Source: a virus (lineage: Duplodnaviria; Caudoviricetes). Taken from it: a stretch of DNA of 64,000 nt. Below are positions 46,846 through 56,600 of the stretch, one piece after another. The stretch spans positions 32,001-96,000 of the IMG/VR virus record IMGVR_UViG_3300043447_000710, one strand, 5' to 3'. The notes beneath the pieces were generated by a model that ran no database searches, was not told where the DNA came from, and saw only the letters and a program-made list of their open reading frames with translations. The translations under genes were made by a program, and so were the position numbers. Within the stretch, counting starts at the first letter, position 1; each line of letters starts with the position of its first letter.

Positions 46846-48802
46846 CTTAATTACTATTATTCGTCATCAGTCAATTTCAATCGACGCTTTAAGTTATATT
46901 TTAGGCGGGCGCGAAATCTATTTGCATTGTAATGTCGATTGCGAGTGGCAACTAAACCTGCATTATCTCGTCCCTATGGCGGGTAGCACCGGAATCTTTG
47001 GCACCGATCGGCAAACAACCTTAACAGCTAAGTTTAAACTCGATCGCCAACAGCTAAAACAAGAAGCAACAGTTGATTGGCAGCCGCGCCTTTTTTATAA
47101 GGACGGTAAGATTGTTATCGGAGAGCTCCCTTCAGCTCTTGATAGCAAAATCGAACTAATGGCTTATCAAGCAGGCCGACAAGTTTTTGCCGCTAAAGTA
47201 ACGGTCGGTAAGATCCTGCTTGAAGATGAAAAGCATTATGCTGAAGCGCTCGCCAACAACACTAAGTCACTAGAAATATCAGTGCTTCTAGCTCGCGGCT
47301 TAGCAGAAACCCTGAGGGAAAACCAAACGCAACGAGATTTATTAGCAAGCGCACTTTCTGCTCTACATCTTTTAAACTTACATTACGACCGTCTCGATGC
47401 GCCAATCGCTAAAAGAGTAAACGTTAAAACTCAAGTCCTCGAATCTCTGGTTAAAGTAGCAGATGCTCTAGAAGAAGCTCTGGACGTAAGTAGCGGATTG
47501 GTATTTCGTCAGGTCGAACTAAACGATTATTATTCGCCTAGTTATGTAGTTACTGCGATATCGTTAATTTTATGGCATGAATTAGCTGAGGTTTTTAAGC
47601 TAACTAAGTACCGCCGCCCGCTGGCCGCCGCAATAGATAAATGGCTCTCTCTCAAACACGCGGAAATAATCGAACCATTATATTTATATCAACTAGCTAA
47701 AGCTTTAACTGCAGCTTATGAAAATCGCAGCGTCGAGTTTAGCTCCGCAAATCTCTCGCCTTTAACCAAACATGTAAGCGCCTTTTTACCTCTTAACGCC
47801 GACCCGACAAGTCCTTATATCTCCCTGCCTAAAAAAGCAAGAACTTCGCTGGACGCTTTTGAAAAGGAACATAAAGCTTTAAAGGGGTATTGGCTGACTA
47901 CCGCGCTGTCTTATTTACCGTATGGTTATATGTGGCGAATGGATGCCAGTCCTAATAACACTCGGTCTATCTGGGTTGGGATTCTAGCTGCTTTTTCCGA
48001 AGCGGCTGCAACAAGCTATTTTAACTTCACTAGCAAGAACGTTTCTGGAGTAGAACGAGTTCTGCTTTCTGACTGTGCGCCAACAACTTCTCAAAGCGTT
48101 ATCGACGTTAGCGAACTCCTAGAAAAAATTCCAAATCACGGCATCGGCAAAATTGAATGGAGCGCGTATTTGCTAGGATTTTTACCAGTATCTACAGAGC
48201 TTCAAGATTATAAGTACGCAACCTTGCCTCCACAACTGCAAACCTACGATATCGAACCGCTGCAGACTATAAACGCTGCGAACCCTATAAATTTAACTAC
48301 AGGTGATATTGAAGGAACTTTATCACCTTTAAAGTCATTACCATCGATAGTCCTTGGCAACAATGCCACCACCAACCCACACATAGGTTTTGCTAGCCCT
48401 TATCGAGAGATAGATAGCGAGCTAGAACCATTAGCAAACAACAATCTGTGTTATGTAGTTCTTAAAGGTATAGGTAAGACTAAAGAACTCAGCACTTATT
48501 TAAACGCGCGGCTGATGGCGGGCTATAAAGCTTATCTACATACGTACACCTGGTCGGAAACAATTTCTAGAGCGCGCTACTTAAATGAGAAAGAAACAAA
48601 CGTTCTATTAGTTCAAACGCCCGCGCAAAGCCAAAGCCAAACACAATTGGAGCTGACAGTAGAAATAGAGTCGAGTATCGTAGCCTATGCCAATACAAAC
48701 CTAGCATTAGGCTTAGAACTTAGTTGCGAGGCCAGCAGCAGCTCGGCGGAACTTCCTAGCAAAGACCTATATATTAATTTAATCGTTTATTTGGAGTTGT
48801 AA
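46829..48802 (+). CDS. Probable baseplate/tail protein (start uncertain)
   Basis: 657-aa ORF after gpJ; LSYLPYGYMW resembles gpI-like segments. Confidence 0.5.
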   Translation: MVLGSDLITIIRHQSISIDALSYILGGREIYLHCNVDCEWQLNLHYLVPMAGSTGIFGTDRQTTLTAKFKLDRQQLKQEATVDWQPRLFYKDGKIVIGELPSALDSKIELMAYQAGRQVFAAKVTVGKILLEDEKHYAEALANNTKSLEISVLLARGLAETLRENQTQRDLLASALSALHLLNLHYDRLDAPIAKRVNVKTQVLESLVKVADALEEALDVSSGLVFRQVELNDYYSPSYVVTAISLILWHELAEVFKLTKYRRPLAAAIDKWLSLKHAEIIEPLYLYQLAKALTAAYENRSVEFSSANLSPLTKHVSAFLPLNADPTSPYISLPKKARTSLDAFEKEHKALKGYWLTTALSYLPYGYMWRMDASPNNTRSIWVGILAAFSEAAATSYFNFTSKNVSGVERVLLSDCAPTTSQSVIDVSELLEKIPNHGIGKIEWSAYLLGFLPVSTELQDYKYATLPPQLQTYDIEPLQTINAANPINLTTGDIEGTLSPLKSLPSIVLGNNATTNPHIGFASPYREIDSELEPLANNNLCYVVLKGIGKTKELSTYLNARLMAGYKAYLHTYTWSETISRARYLNEKETNVLLVQTPAQSQSQTQLELTVEIESSIVAYANTNLALGLELSCEASSSSAELPSKDLYINLIVYLEL

Positions 48803-49494
48803 TGTCGTTACTTCCTTCCTCTACCGCCGCTAATTACTTTCTAGACAACGCAGTTTCTTCAACTGGAACGATCGGATACTTAGCTTTACTTTCTAACGCC
48901 CTGCTAGTAACTACCGTTACTGCAGATACTAACGATAGTAGTCTTACTACAACCTTACCCCACCGTCTAGTCACCGGATCGCGGGTAAGAATTCAAAGCT
49001 CGGGCACGCTACCTGCTCCACTATTAGCAAACGTAACTTACTACGCTAAAGTTCTAACGCCGACTAAATTCCAGCTTTGCAGCTCGTTACCAGCAACAGC
49101 TAACTCACCAATCCAGTTAACAAGTTTAGGCTCGGGCACCCTAACTATCAACGAACAATCGTTATCAAATATCGACCCTTTAGAAGTACTGGTTAATAAA
49201 GAATTAAGCTTGAGTGCTACTTATACGCGGCCGGCAATCTCTAATGTGGGCACCGCAAGCTATCAAGTAGACCGTGCTGTTAAACCCCCAAAAGAAATTC
49301 TAATTAGAAACGAACTTTCTACTTCGATTAGCTACGGCTATCAGCTAATCCTACTAGGGGGTACGCCAACACCTAACAGCTTTACATCAGTTGTTGAATG
49401 GTTATTAGAAGCTGAAGCTACCCCAGTAGTAATGGCTGCAAGCGAAATTCGAAGCTTCACTGCAAAATTTGCCCTTAAGATCTCTATCGTCTAG
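48802..49494 (+). CDS. Virion structural/tail-fibre-associated protein
   Basis: PHRLVTGSRV...LPAPLLANVTYYAK...FQL repeat type common in cyanophage virion proteins. Confidence 0.6.
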   Translation: MSLLPSSTAANYFLDNAVSSTGTIGYLALLSNALLVTTVTADTNDSSLTTTLPHRLVTGSRVRIQSSGTLPAPLLANVTYYAKVLTPTKFQLCSSLPATANSPIQLTSLGSGTLTINEQSLSNIDPLEVLVNKELSLSATYTRPAISNVGTASYQVDRAVKPPKEILIRNELSTSISYGYQLILLGGTPTPNSFTSVVEWLLEAEATPVVMAASEIRSFTAKFALKISIV

Positions 49495-49517
49495 TTTAGT
49501 AAGATGTCGTGTAGTCT

Positions 49518-49613
49518 ATGCTTATTGACGCCATTCTCAACTATCTAGCTTTTTTCCCAGCAAACCTACAAAAACGCTTTGACACCATTCTCAACAAGCT
49601 GTTAAAAAGATAA
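49518..49613 (+). CDS. Possible 31-aa peptide
   Basis: MLIDAILNYLAFFPANLQKRFDTILNKLLKR* fills the gap. Confidence 0.35.
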   Translation: MLIDAILNYLAFFPANLQKRFDTILNKLLKR

Positions 49614-49619
49614 TACAAT

Positions 49620-50810
49620 ATGCCGGCAACGCCTCAATTTGATATCAATCGTACCAATCATTATCCAGGCGATTTCTCAAACCGACTGGCAAGAACTTTT
49701 AACGAGCACAACCACACTGCAGTTCAGATAGCTAACTTTTTAGCATACGAACTGGAAGAAGGAAGCCAAGTTGGATTCGTCGGCGGCCTAGCAACTCCAG
49801 ACCCGTTTGCCTCTATCGGTAATAACAATCCGTTAACTGTAATCGGCCTAACTGCAACTTCGATATCCTTAAGCCGTAACTCTACAGTTTCAACATTAGG
49901 CAGTTTAACTTATGTTGTGGGCGGAACTCCTAAGACTATTATCAACTTGAAAGCTACGATTAACTCGCCAGTAGTTGAATTTGCTACTAACACTACGGGC
50001 ACTATAGACTCTAATCTGCTAGCAAGATTGATAACCAGAACGACTGTTGTAGATGCTCCTTTAGTAGCCAACCCAAACCCAATCGTGCCGCCTACGTTTC
50101 CAAGTGCTAGCGACATCTTGTTAGATCTAGACGTTACAAACTCTTACTTGGAAACTCCCGCCAACCCACAACAAAACCCTACTCTGACACTTCAAAGAGG
50201 AAAGACTTATACCTTTTTACTATCTCCTTCAATCGTTGCTAACAATCACTTTAATATTACTTCCTCAGTCCGCGAACCAAACATCGGACTCGATCGTTAT
50301 CCTTTTGGCGTTAGTACTTTAAGTTCTGGCGCGGTTAAGTTTATCGTGCCTTACGACGCCCCAGCACAACTTTTCTATCAAAGCTCGACTTCAAAGTATA
50401 TATATGGAGAACTCCAAATCGTTAGTGGAGCTGTGAACCCAGCACAGCCTTTATTGACTGCTTGGCAAACTAACGACCTTAATATTCCAACTGCCCCACC
50501 AGAAGCCAAACTGTACCTATGCCTTTCTAATCCTAACGATTACAGAGTCACTGATTGGACTGTAGTACCTAGCTGGAGCAATAACTCACCCAGCGATGCT
50601 TTTATCCAACTGCAAGCTGCAGAAAATAGCGCGGTCTTCGCTCTTTCGGAACTACTACGGTTGCAAACTATCGATAAGATTTCGGCGTTAAATCTAATTC
50701 CTAATATAATTCCAGCTAACGCTACAGTTTATTGCGCTGTTTACGGCAATCAAGATCTCGTCCGCCTCACACAACAATTAACGACAATCGATGTTACAGC
50801 CTCAAGCTGA
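49620..50810 (+). CDS. Virion structural protein
   Basis: NPTLTLQRGKTYTF...FIVPYDAPAQLFYQ motif seen in cyanophage virion proteins. Confidence 0.65.
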   Translation: MPATPQFDINRTNHYPGDFSNRLARTFNEHNHTAVQIANFLAYELEEGSQVGFVGGLATPDPFASIGNNNPLTVIGLTATSISLSRNSTVSTLGSLTYVVGGTPKTIINLKATINSPVVEFATNTTGTIDSNLLARLITRTTVVDAPLVANPNPIVPPTFPSASDILLDLDVTNSYLETPANPQQNPTLTLQRGKTYTFLLSPSIVANNHFNITSSVREPNIGLDRYPFGVSTLSSGAVKFIVPYDAPAQLFYQSSTSKYIYGELQIVSGAVNPAQPLLTAWQTNDLNIPTAPPEAKLYLCLSNPNDYRVTDWTVVPSWSNNSPSDAFIQLQAAENSAVFALSELLRLQTIDKISALNLIPNIIPANATVYCAVYGNQDLVRLTQQLTTIDVTASS

Positions 50811-52503
50811 TGCTTTTATCGATCTGGTTTCAGCGATCGAGCAAGAGCTAGCCACTGCAGAAAATGTCAAGACTATTATTGAATTTATCGATACTGAAAT
50901 AGATAAAGAAACTTGGGGAATAGATTTAAATGTAACTCAGCGCGCGATACTTAAAGCGTTTTATCAGTTAGAGCCGACAGTAGAAGAGCGGAAACGTTTA
51001 GACGAATTAAAAGCTGAAGACAAAACTACGTGGGAAGAACTTACTTCATCACCTTACCAATACTTAATCATAGATGCTGGTAGGCGTGCTTCGAAGAGTA
51101 GCATGTGTTCTGTAATTGTTGCCTACGAGTTTTATAAACTCTGGCATTTACCAAACCCGCAGAAGCACTATGGCATCGGTGCGAATACTCCGATCGTTCT
51201 ATTAATATTAGCTACTACTGCCGATCAAGCAAAGTCCACAATCTTTGCTCAGATCTGCGGGCTATTTCCTCTAATTAAATGTTTTAGAGCCCCAATAGCT
51301 AACGGCAGTATTAGAGTAGGCGCTGAAGAAATTACTTGTAGAGACAAACTACTTAATATTAAAAGCGGCAACTCTAAATCTTCTTCCCAAGTAGGGCATT
51401 CGATCATTCTATTAGTAATGGATGAAATCGCGCGGATTGAAGGGCGCGACCCAGAAACCAAACAATTAGAAGCTCTGAAACTTTGGGACAACTTAGGAGC
51501 GTCTGGCTTGAGTTTTGGCAGTGACGCTAAGCGCTTAGCTCTATCGTCAGCTTGGTTTATCGGCGACCCGATCGACGAACTCTACAAATTTGCCGAGCGA
51601 GATCCGATCTTCCTAGGGTTTAGATTAGTTACGTGGGATCTGAATCCTAAATATCATCGGTATCATCCTTTAATCTCCTCGGCTTATAAAACTAACCCGC
51701 GTCTAGCAGCTCTAGAATACGAAGGTATCAGACAGCTTTCATCCGACGGCTTTTTTGACGATATTGAAATCGCTGATTGCTGGCGCGGAGACTCTAGCAT
51801 CGTCGCTCGCCCCTCCTTATTAGGTTCGCACTCTTTAGAACTACTAAATGTTTTACCAACGTCCGAACTTTCTTGTGTGTATTTAGACCCCGCTTTTACT
51901 AAGGATAGTTATGCAGCAGCTTTTGGGCGCCGCGTCAGTAATGGCTCCTTACCTTCTTTATTTATTATCGATGGCTTTCTAGTATGGAAGCCAACTCCAA
52001 CCCATAAAGTGTCTTTAGTAGAGGTAGGCGAAGTCTTGATCTCCTTACACCGCCAACGGCCTATAGCAGCTTTGGGCGCAGATCATTATAATAGCGTTGA
52101 AACTACAGAAAGGCTAAGCCGTGCTGGAATCCCTTCTCAAATCTATCCTGCTAGCAACAAGCTCCAATGCCAACAGTACGATCTTACTCGTCAGTTAATG
52201 CACCAACAGCGGTTGATTTTGCCCCGCTCTAATTACTGGCGAGACCTGCTTACAGACGAGTTAGTACGTATCAAACAAATAGATGGTACAAAAATAATAC
52301 ACCCTTCTGGGGGATCTAAAGATATAGCAGACGTACTATGCGGTTTGTGTTGGTTGTTAGAGCGCACTCACACTCAAAGCTCTGGTACTAAAGTAGTGCA
52401 CACAACTCCAGACCGTCTAAAGATAGTTCGAACTCAACCTTTAGGCGCAAGCTTTAACAGCAGCTACAGAAAATACTTTCAAGGAACGCCCTTTAAAAAT
52501 TAA
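50791..52503 (+). CDS. terL: Terminase large subunit
   Basis: Walker A AGRRASKS, Walker B LLVMDE, nuclease YLDPA, ADHYNS and HPSGGSKDIAD. Confidence 0.88.
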   Translation: MLQPQADAFIDLVSAIEQELATAENVKTIIEFIDTEIDKETWGIDLNVTQRAILKAFYQLEPTVEERKRLDELKAEDKTTWEELTSSPYQYLIIDAGRRASKSSMCSVIVAYEFYKLWHLPNPQKHYGIGANTPIVLLILATTADQAKSTIFAQICGLFPLIKCFRAPIANGSIRVGAEEITCRDKLLNIKSGNSKSSSQVGHSIILLVMDEIARIEGRDPETKQLEALKLWDNLGASGLSFGSDAKRLALSSAWFIGDPIDELYKFAERDPIFLGFRLVTWDLNPKYHRYHPLISSAYKTNPRLAALEYEGIRQLSSDGFFDDIEIADCWRGDSSIVARPSLLGSHSLELLNVLPTSELSCVYLDPAFTKDSYAAAFGRRVSNGSLPSLFIIDGFLVWKPTPTHKVSLVEVGEVLISLHRQRPIAALGADHYNSVETTERLSRAGIPSQIYPASNKLQCQQYDLTRQLMHQQRLILPRSNYWRDLLTDELVRIKQIDGTKIIHPSGGSKDIADVLCGLCWLLERTHTQSSGTKVVHTTPDRLKIVRTQPLGASFNSSYRKYFQGTPFKN

Positions 52504-52505
52504 TC

Positions 52506-53093
52506 ATGACAATCGATTGTAGCTACGTTCTTTACGAACCGCAATTCAAACCAACTAAAGCTGTCGATCGCGCGGCGGCCTATGATATTAGAGCTTATAT
52601 CACGGATCCTTTACAAGACGAAGACATCGCTCAAATTAAAGATTATGCCTTTAAACATTGGGCTGAAGTTTATATCGACGGCCAGCATTACAAACATCCA
52701 ATTAGGGACTTAACGTTAGAAGCGTTTTCAACTGGGAGTAAAGCTACGATACTTTTTCCTACTCAGCGCAAGATAGTATCCGCTGGTTTTGAAGTATTGC
52801 TGTCTACCGCCCAAGCTGGAGCTACAGCAGCAATGTTAGTCTGCGCTCGAAGCGGTCTAGCTTGCAAACATGGAATTTTAGTAGCGAATGCTCCCGGAAT
52901 CGTGGACGAGAACTACCCACTGACCGTAGGCGTAGGTTTATATAACACTTCACAACACATTCATGTGTTTACGCACGGTGCTCGGATAGCCCAAGTAATG
53001 TTTATAGAGTCTTTAGAACCAACGGAAACTATCGTTACCAAACTTCAGAACAACGGCGAACGTATCGGCGGCTTTGGTTCTACGGGAGTGTAG
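52506..53093 (+). CDS. dut: Trimeric dUTPase
   Basis: AAAYDI, ARSGLA, GIVDENY, RIAQ, RIGGFGSTG. Confidence 0.95.
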   Translation: MTIDCSYVLYEPQFKPTKAVDRAAAYDIRAYITDPLQDEDIAQIKDYAFKHWAEVYIDGQHYKHPIRDLTLEAFSTGSKATILFPTQRKIVSAGFEVLLSTAQAGATAAMLVCARSGLACKHGILVANAPGIVDENYPLTVGVGLYNTSQHIHVFTHGARIAQVMFIESLEPTETIVTKLQNNGERIGGFGSTGV

Positions 53094-53094
53094 C

Positions 53095-53673
53095 ATGGAC
53101 GCGCAGACAACTCTTTACGTTACGGTGCTTTTAGAATTTCTACCTAGTATTATCGACCTCAATCTCAATCCTGTAGATACTAAGCAATGGAAAGTAGAAA
53201 TTCAAAGTCCGCTGACAAACGGTGACTTTCAAGCTTTGCCAGCTACCTTTACGGCTAAGGTTAGGCCTGGAGACAGTTTATTAATAGCCCTCGCTCCTAC
53301 CGATCGAACTATTCCCAGACAAAAGTATAAGGTTAGATATACAAACTTGGAATTAAAAGACCAGAATTTTAATGAAGAGTGGATAGTCCCGTCTACGCAG
53401 CCTACAGCCGAAACTACTCTGCAATTAGAAACGAATAGGGTCAGCTACACGTTACCTAAAAAGGTAAGTGCGATTCGATCGATAACTAGTGCTTTGTCAC
53501 TGCCGGGACATACTTACAGTAACGGCACTCTTACTTTTGATTCAGCTCCACCTAACGCACTAATTAGTATAAATTACCTCAGTCATTTAACTAGAACTGA
53601 TGTAGTTTACCAGCCTCATGTTATCAAGACTTTAGACCCATCTCTAAGCTTGATAACTGACATTCCTATCTAG
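53095..53673 (+). CDS. Hypothetical (probably virion) protein
   Basis: ATG at 53095 inside track ORF 53074..53673. Confidence 0.65.
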   Translation: MDAQTTLYVTVLLEFLPSIIDLNLNPVDTKQWKVEIQSPLTNGDFQALPATFTAKVRPGDSLLIALAPTDRTIPRQKYKVRYTNLELKDQNFNEEWIVPSTQPTAETTLQLETNRVSYTLPKKVSAIRSITSALSLPGHTYSNGTLTFDSAPPNALISINYLSHLTRTDVVYQPHVIKTLDPSLSLITDIPI

Positions 53674-53683
53674 TCGTTTAATA

Positions 53684-56600
53684 ATGTCATCTTTAGATTA
53701 CGGTACTAGTCTCAGTCAAAGTAAAGAAGGTTCGATATCTTATTTTGGTTATCGAGAGTACGGCGCTGCAAATGACGAGTTCGTAACTACTGGCAAATTG
53801 GTAGGTGCGACATTATACAGCGTGCCTACAAATAGATATATAGCACCTTTAGAAAAAGCTCAGTTTGTAGGTATCAACACGGAAGGCGGACAGCTAAGCA
53901 GACTTAACAAAGTTTCTGGGGCAGTTAGCAGTTATGGCGAGGAAAGAAGATTACACTTTAAATCTTATACTCGTGTAAACGAACGCGGAGACCTAGAAGC
54001 ATTTTTACCTACCGGTAACTTAAGTAAAAATACCGCTGGCGATGAAGGGACTTTCTTTAGCAATATACTTAGCAATTTAGGTCTAGGCCAACCTCAACAA
54101 GACAATACTGGGGTACTACTAACGGGCAGATTAGCTTCTAAGTTTCTTGAGTTTCAGCGCAGCGTAGTTAAAGGCGAGATGCCTCAAGGGCTAAAACTTA
54201 ACGATGAGTACTCTTTAATTAGAGGGGAAGTTACAGCCGCTACTTTAATAGAAGCAATAGGTAGAACTGGTAAGGACGATCGAATCCAACTTACTTCGCC
54301 GTTTTTAAATAACGCAACTTTATTAGAAGCTACTATAGCTGCTAAAAAGCGCGGCGCAAATATCAGCGTAACAATGGCTCCAGGCTACAACTCTACAGTA
54401 GAGAGAGAACGCACTAAAGAAAGACTTGCTAAAGAAGGAATTAATGTTTATACCTCTACTGACAATCGCCTCGTCCACCAAAAAAACTTTGCAATTTCTG
54501 GACCGAAGATAAAATTAGCTGGAACCGGATCTGATAATCTTTCTAACTCAAGTGCTTCAAACAAAACATTGGAGTATATGTTAGTTGCCGAAGGCAATAG
54601 CAAGTTACTAAGCAATCTTTTACAAGAGTCAGAAGATTTATCAAAGCAGTTACAAAAAGTAGAAGCTAACCGCTCGGCATACGAGGACGGTGAATTTGCG
54701 TATTTGTATAACACTACCTATTCAACTTCCGGTTCTAGGTCTGGATCTAGTTCTGGGTCTAGCTCTGTAAACGGCGGTTTTGTTAAACCTACAAAACTAA
54801 ACACCAGTTATTTTACTAGGCACTTAAGAAACAGACAGAACAAATACGAAGGTTTTACTAATACATACGAAGCTATTACTGGAATTTACGCCCCGGGTGC
54901 AGTTAGCTCTTTTGATGATTCTCTAGGTACTGCAAGTTTAGGACATAAGCTTAATTATTTATTAGGTATTCAACTCTATCGAGACGGTGCTGGCGTATTA
55001 GGCTCTGCAGTAACAGCAATAGGTAAACTGCTGGACACTGCTACAGGCCATTATGCGTTCCGAGACGATATGCAGCGCCGCAAACAAAAGCGGGGCAGCA
55101 TCTCTAAATTTCAAACAATTGTAGATGAGTCTTGGCAAAGTAATGAAGAGTATCAAGGCGGCCCAATCGAAAAAACCATCGACACTTTTTATCAAGCGAC
55201 CCGAGGTTTATTTACTGGTGCCGTAGCTTTTAGCGGAGTCTTCGCAATTCAAAGCATCGCTACAATTTATCTTGAAGAAGGAGCTAAAAGACTACTAGAA
55301 CCTAATGCCAAGCCCACCGCGCTACAACAAGTAGTGATTCAAGGCTATCTGTCTCCAATCGGACGCACGGTTTTAAATACTGCTAAGAGCTTAATGCAAG
55401 CTAATGATAAGTTGTCTTCACAAGATGCTTATATAGCTGCTATGACAAAACATCAAGTTTTAAATGCGAACGAGATGTTAGGTTCTGGCGGGTCGGCGCC
55501 TGGGATAATTAATAGATTTAGACAGACTACTGCAAGCTTTATGGAATACGTACTGCCATCAGTAATTAGAATGGTAGTACCAGAAGCAAAACAATCTCAA
55601 GCACTAGAAGCTGGTAAAGCATTAGTAGACGCTTTAGGCCGGCCGATATCTCTATCGACTCAAGGCTTACAAAACTTACAAGCCGAACGAAATTTAAACA
55701 TCGGTAAAGCTTTAGAGTCGCTTAGTACGTATGTGCCGCTAGAAATGCATATGTGGATACCAAGCATTAGAGCGGTCTTAGACCCAACTTCAGTAAATAA
55801 TGCTCCTTCATTAGGTTCTACTTTAGGTGTAGGTACGCCGAATCTTCCTTCTCTATCTCAAGCAATCGGACGCGGGTTAATCGGAAACACGATTTCAGGA
55901 TTTTTAGGTATAGCTAACAAACTTGAAAATCTAATTGTCAACCCCGATAAAGAATTGCTTAGACTGCAAGCTGCTTATAAATCGTCACATCGGAGTTTAG
56001 CGTTAGACATTGCCGTAGCGAAACAGCTAGAAACATCTACGCAGGATAATGCGCTGGCAAACAGAGTAAGGTCGTTTTTACACCAACAGTCACAGACCTC
56101 TAAATTATTGTCTACGTTTAGTAACGAAGCTGCTAGTATATCTGCTTCTTCAGGTAATGGCGTTTCTGTAAATCTACCTAAATCATTTTCAATAAAACGG
56201 ATAGCTATCGGTCTAGGTTCTTTGTTTTTAGCAGACGCGATTTTGGATGAAGCGTTGCTAAAAAATCAAGGCAGCGATTTATTTCAACAGCTAGCTCTAA
56301 TTAGAACTACTAGAACTCACGAAGGAAACATCACTCAAATCGAGTTAACTCCTACACTGCCAGGAGCTTTAAGTTTGGGTGTAGCAGGTTTAGCAGGTTT
56401 ATCAGGCGGTTATACATTCCCAACTATATATAGCGTTAGCCGTCACGACTCGCCTACACTTGCAAGATTAGCTACTGCTACTACGCCTAAGCTGCAAGAG
56501 TTAGCTCAAGAAGTTTCTGAATATAGAGGTACTCGCGCTCGCTTTAATTTTAAAGCTGCTGTAGCTACTTCGATTATGGCTTTGGCTGCTACTAAAGCTG

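Noticed and set aside
49525-49595. Direct repeat TTGAC(G/A)CCATTCTCAAC x2 as a mini-CRISPR
   Set aside because: Only two 17-nt copies and no cas genes; explained equally well by a D(A/T)ILN repeat in a 31-aa ORF.
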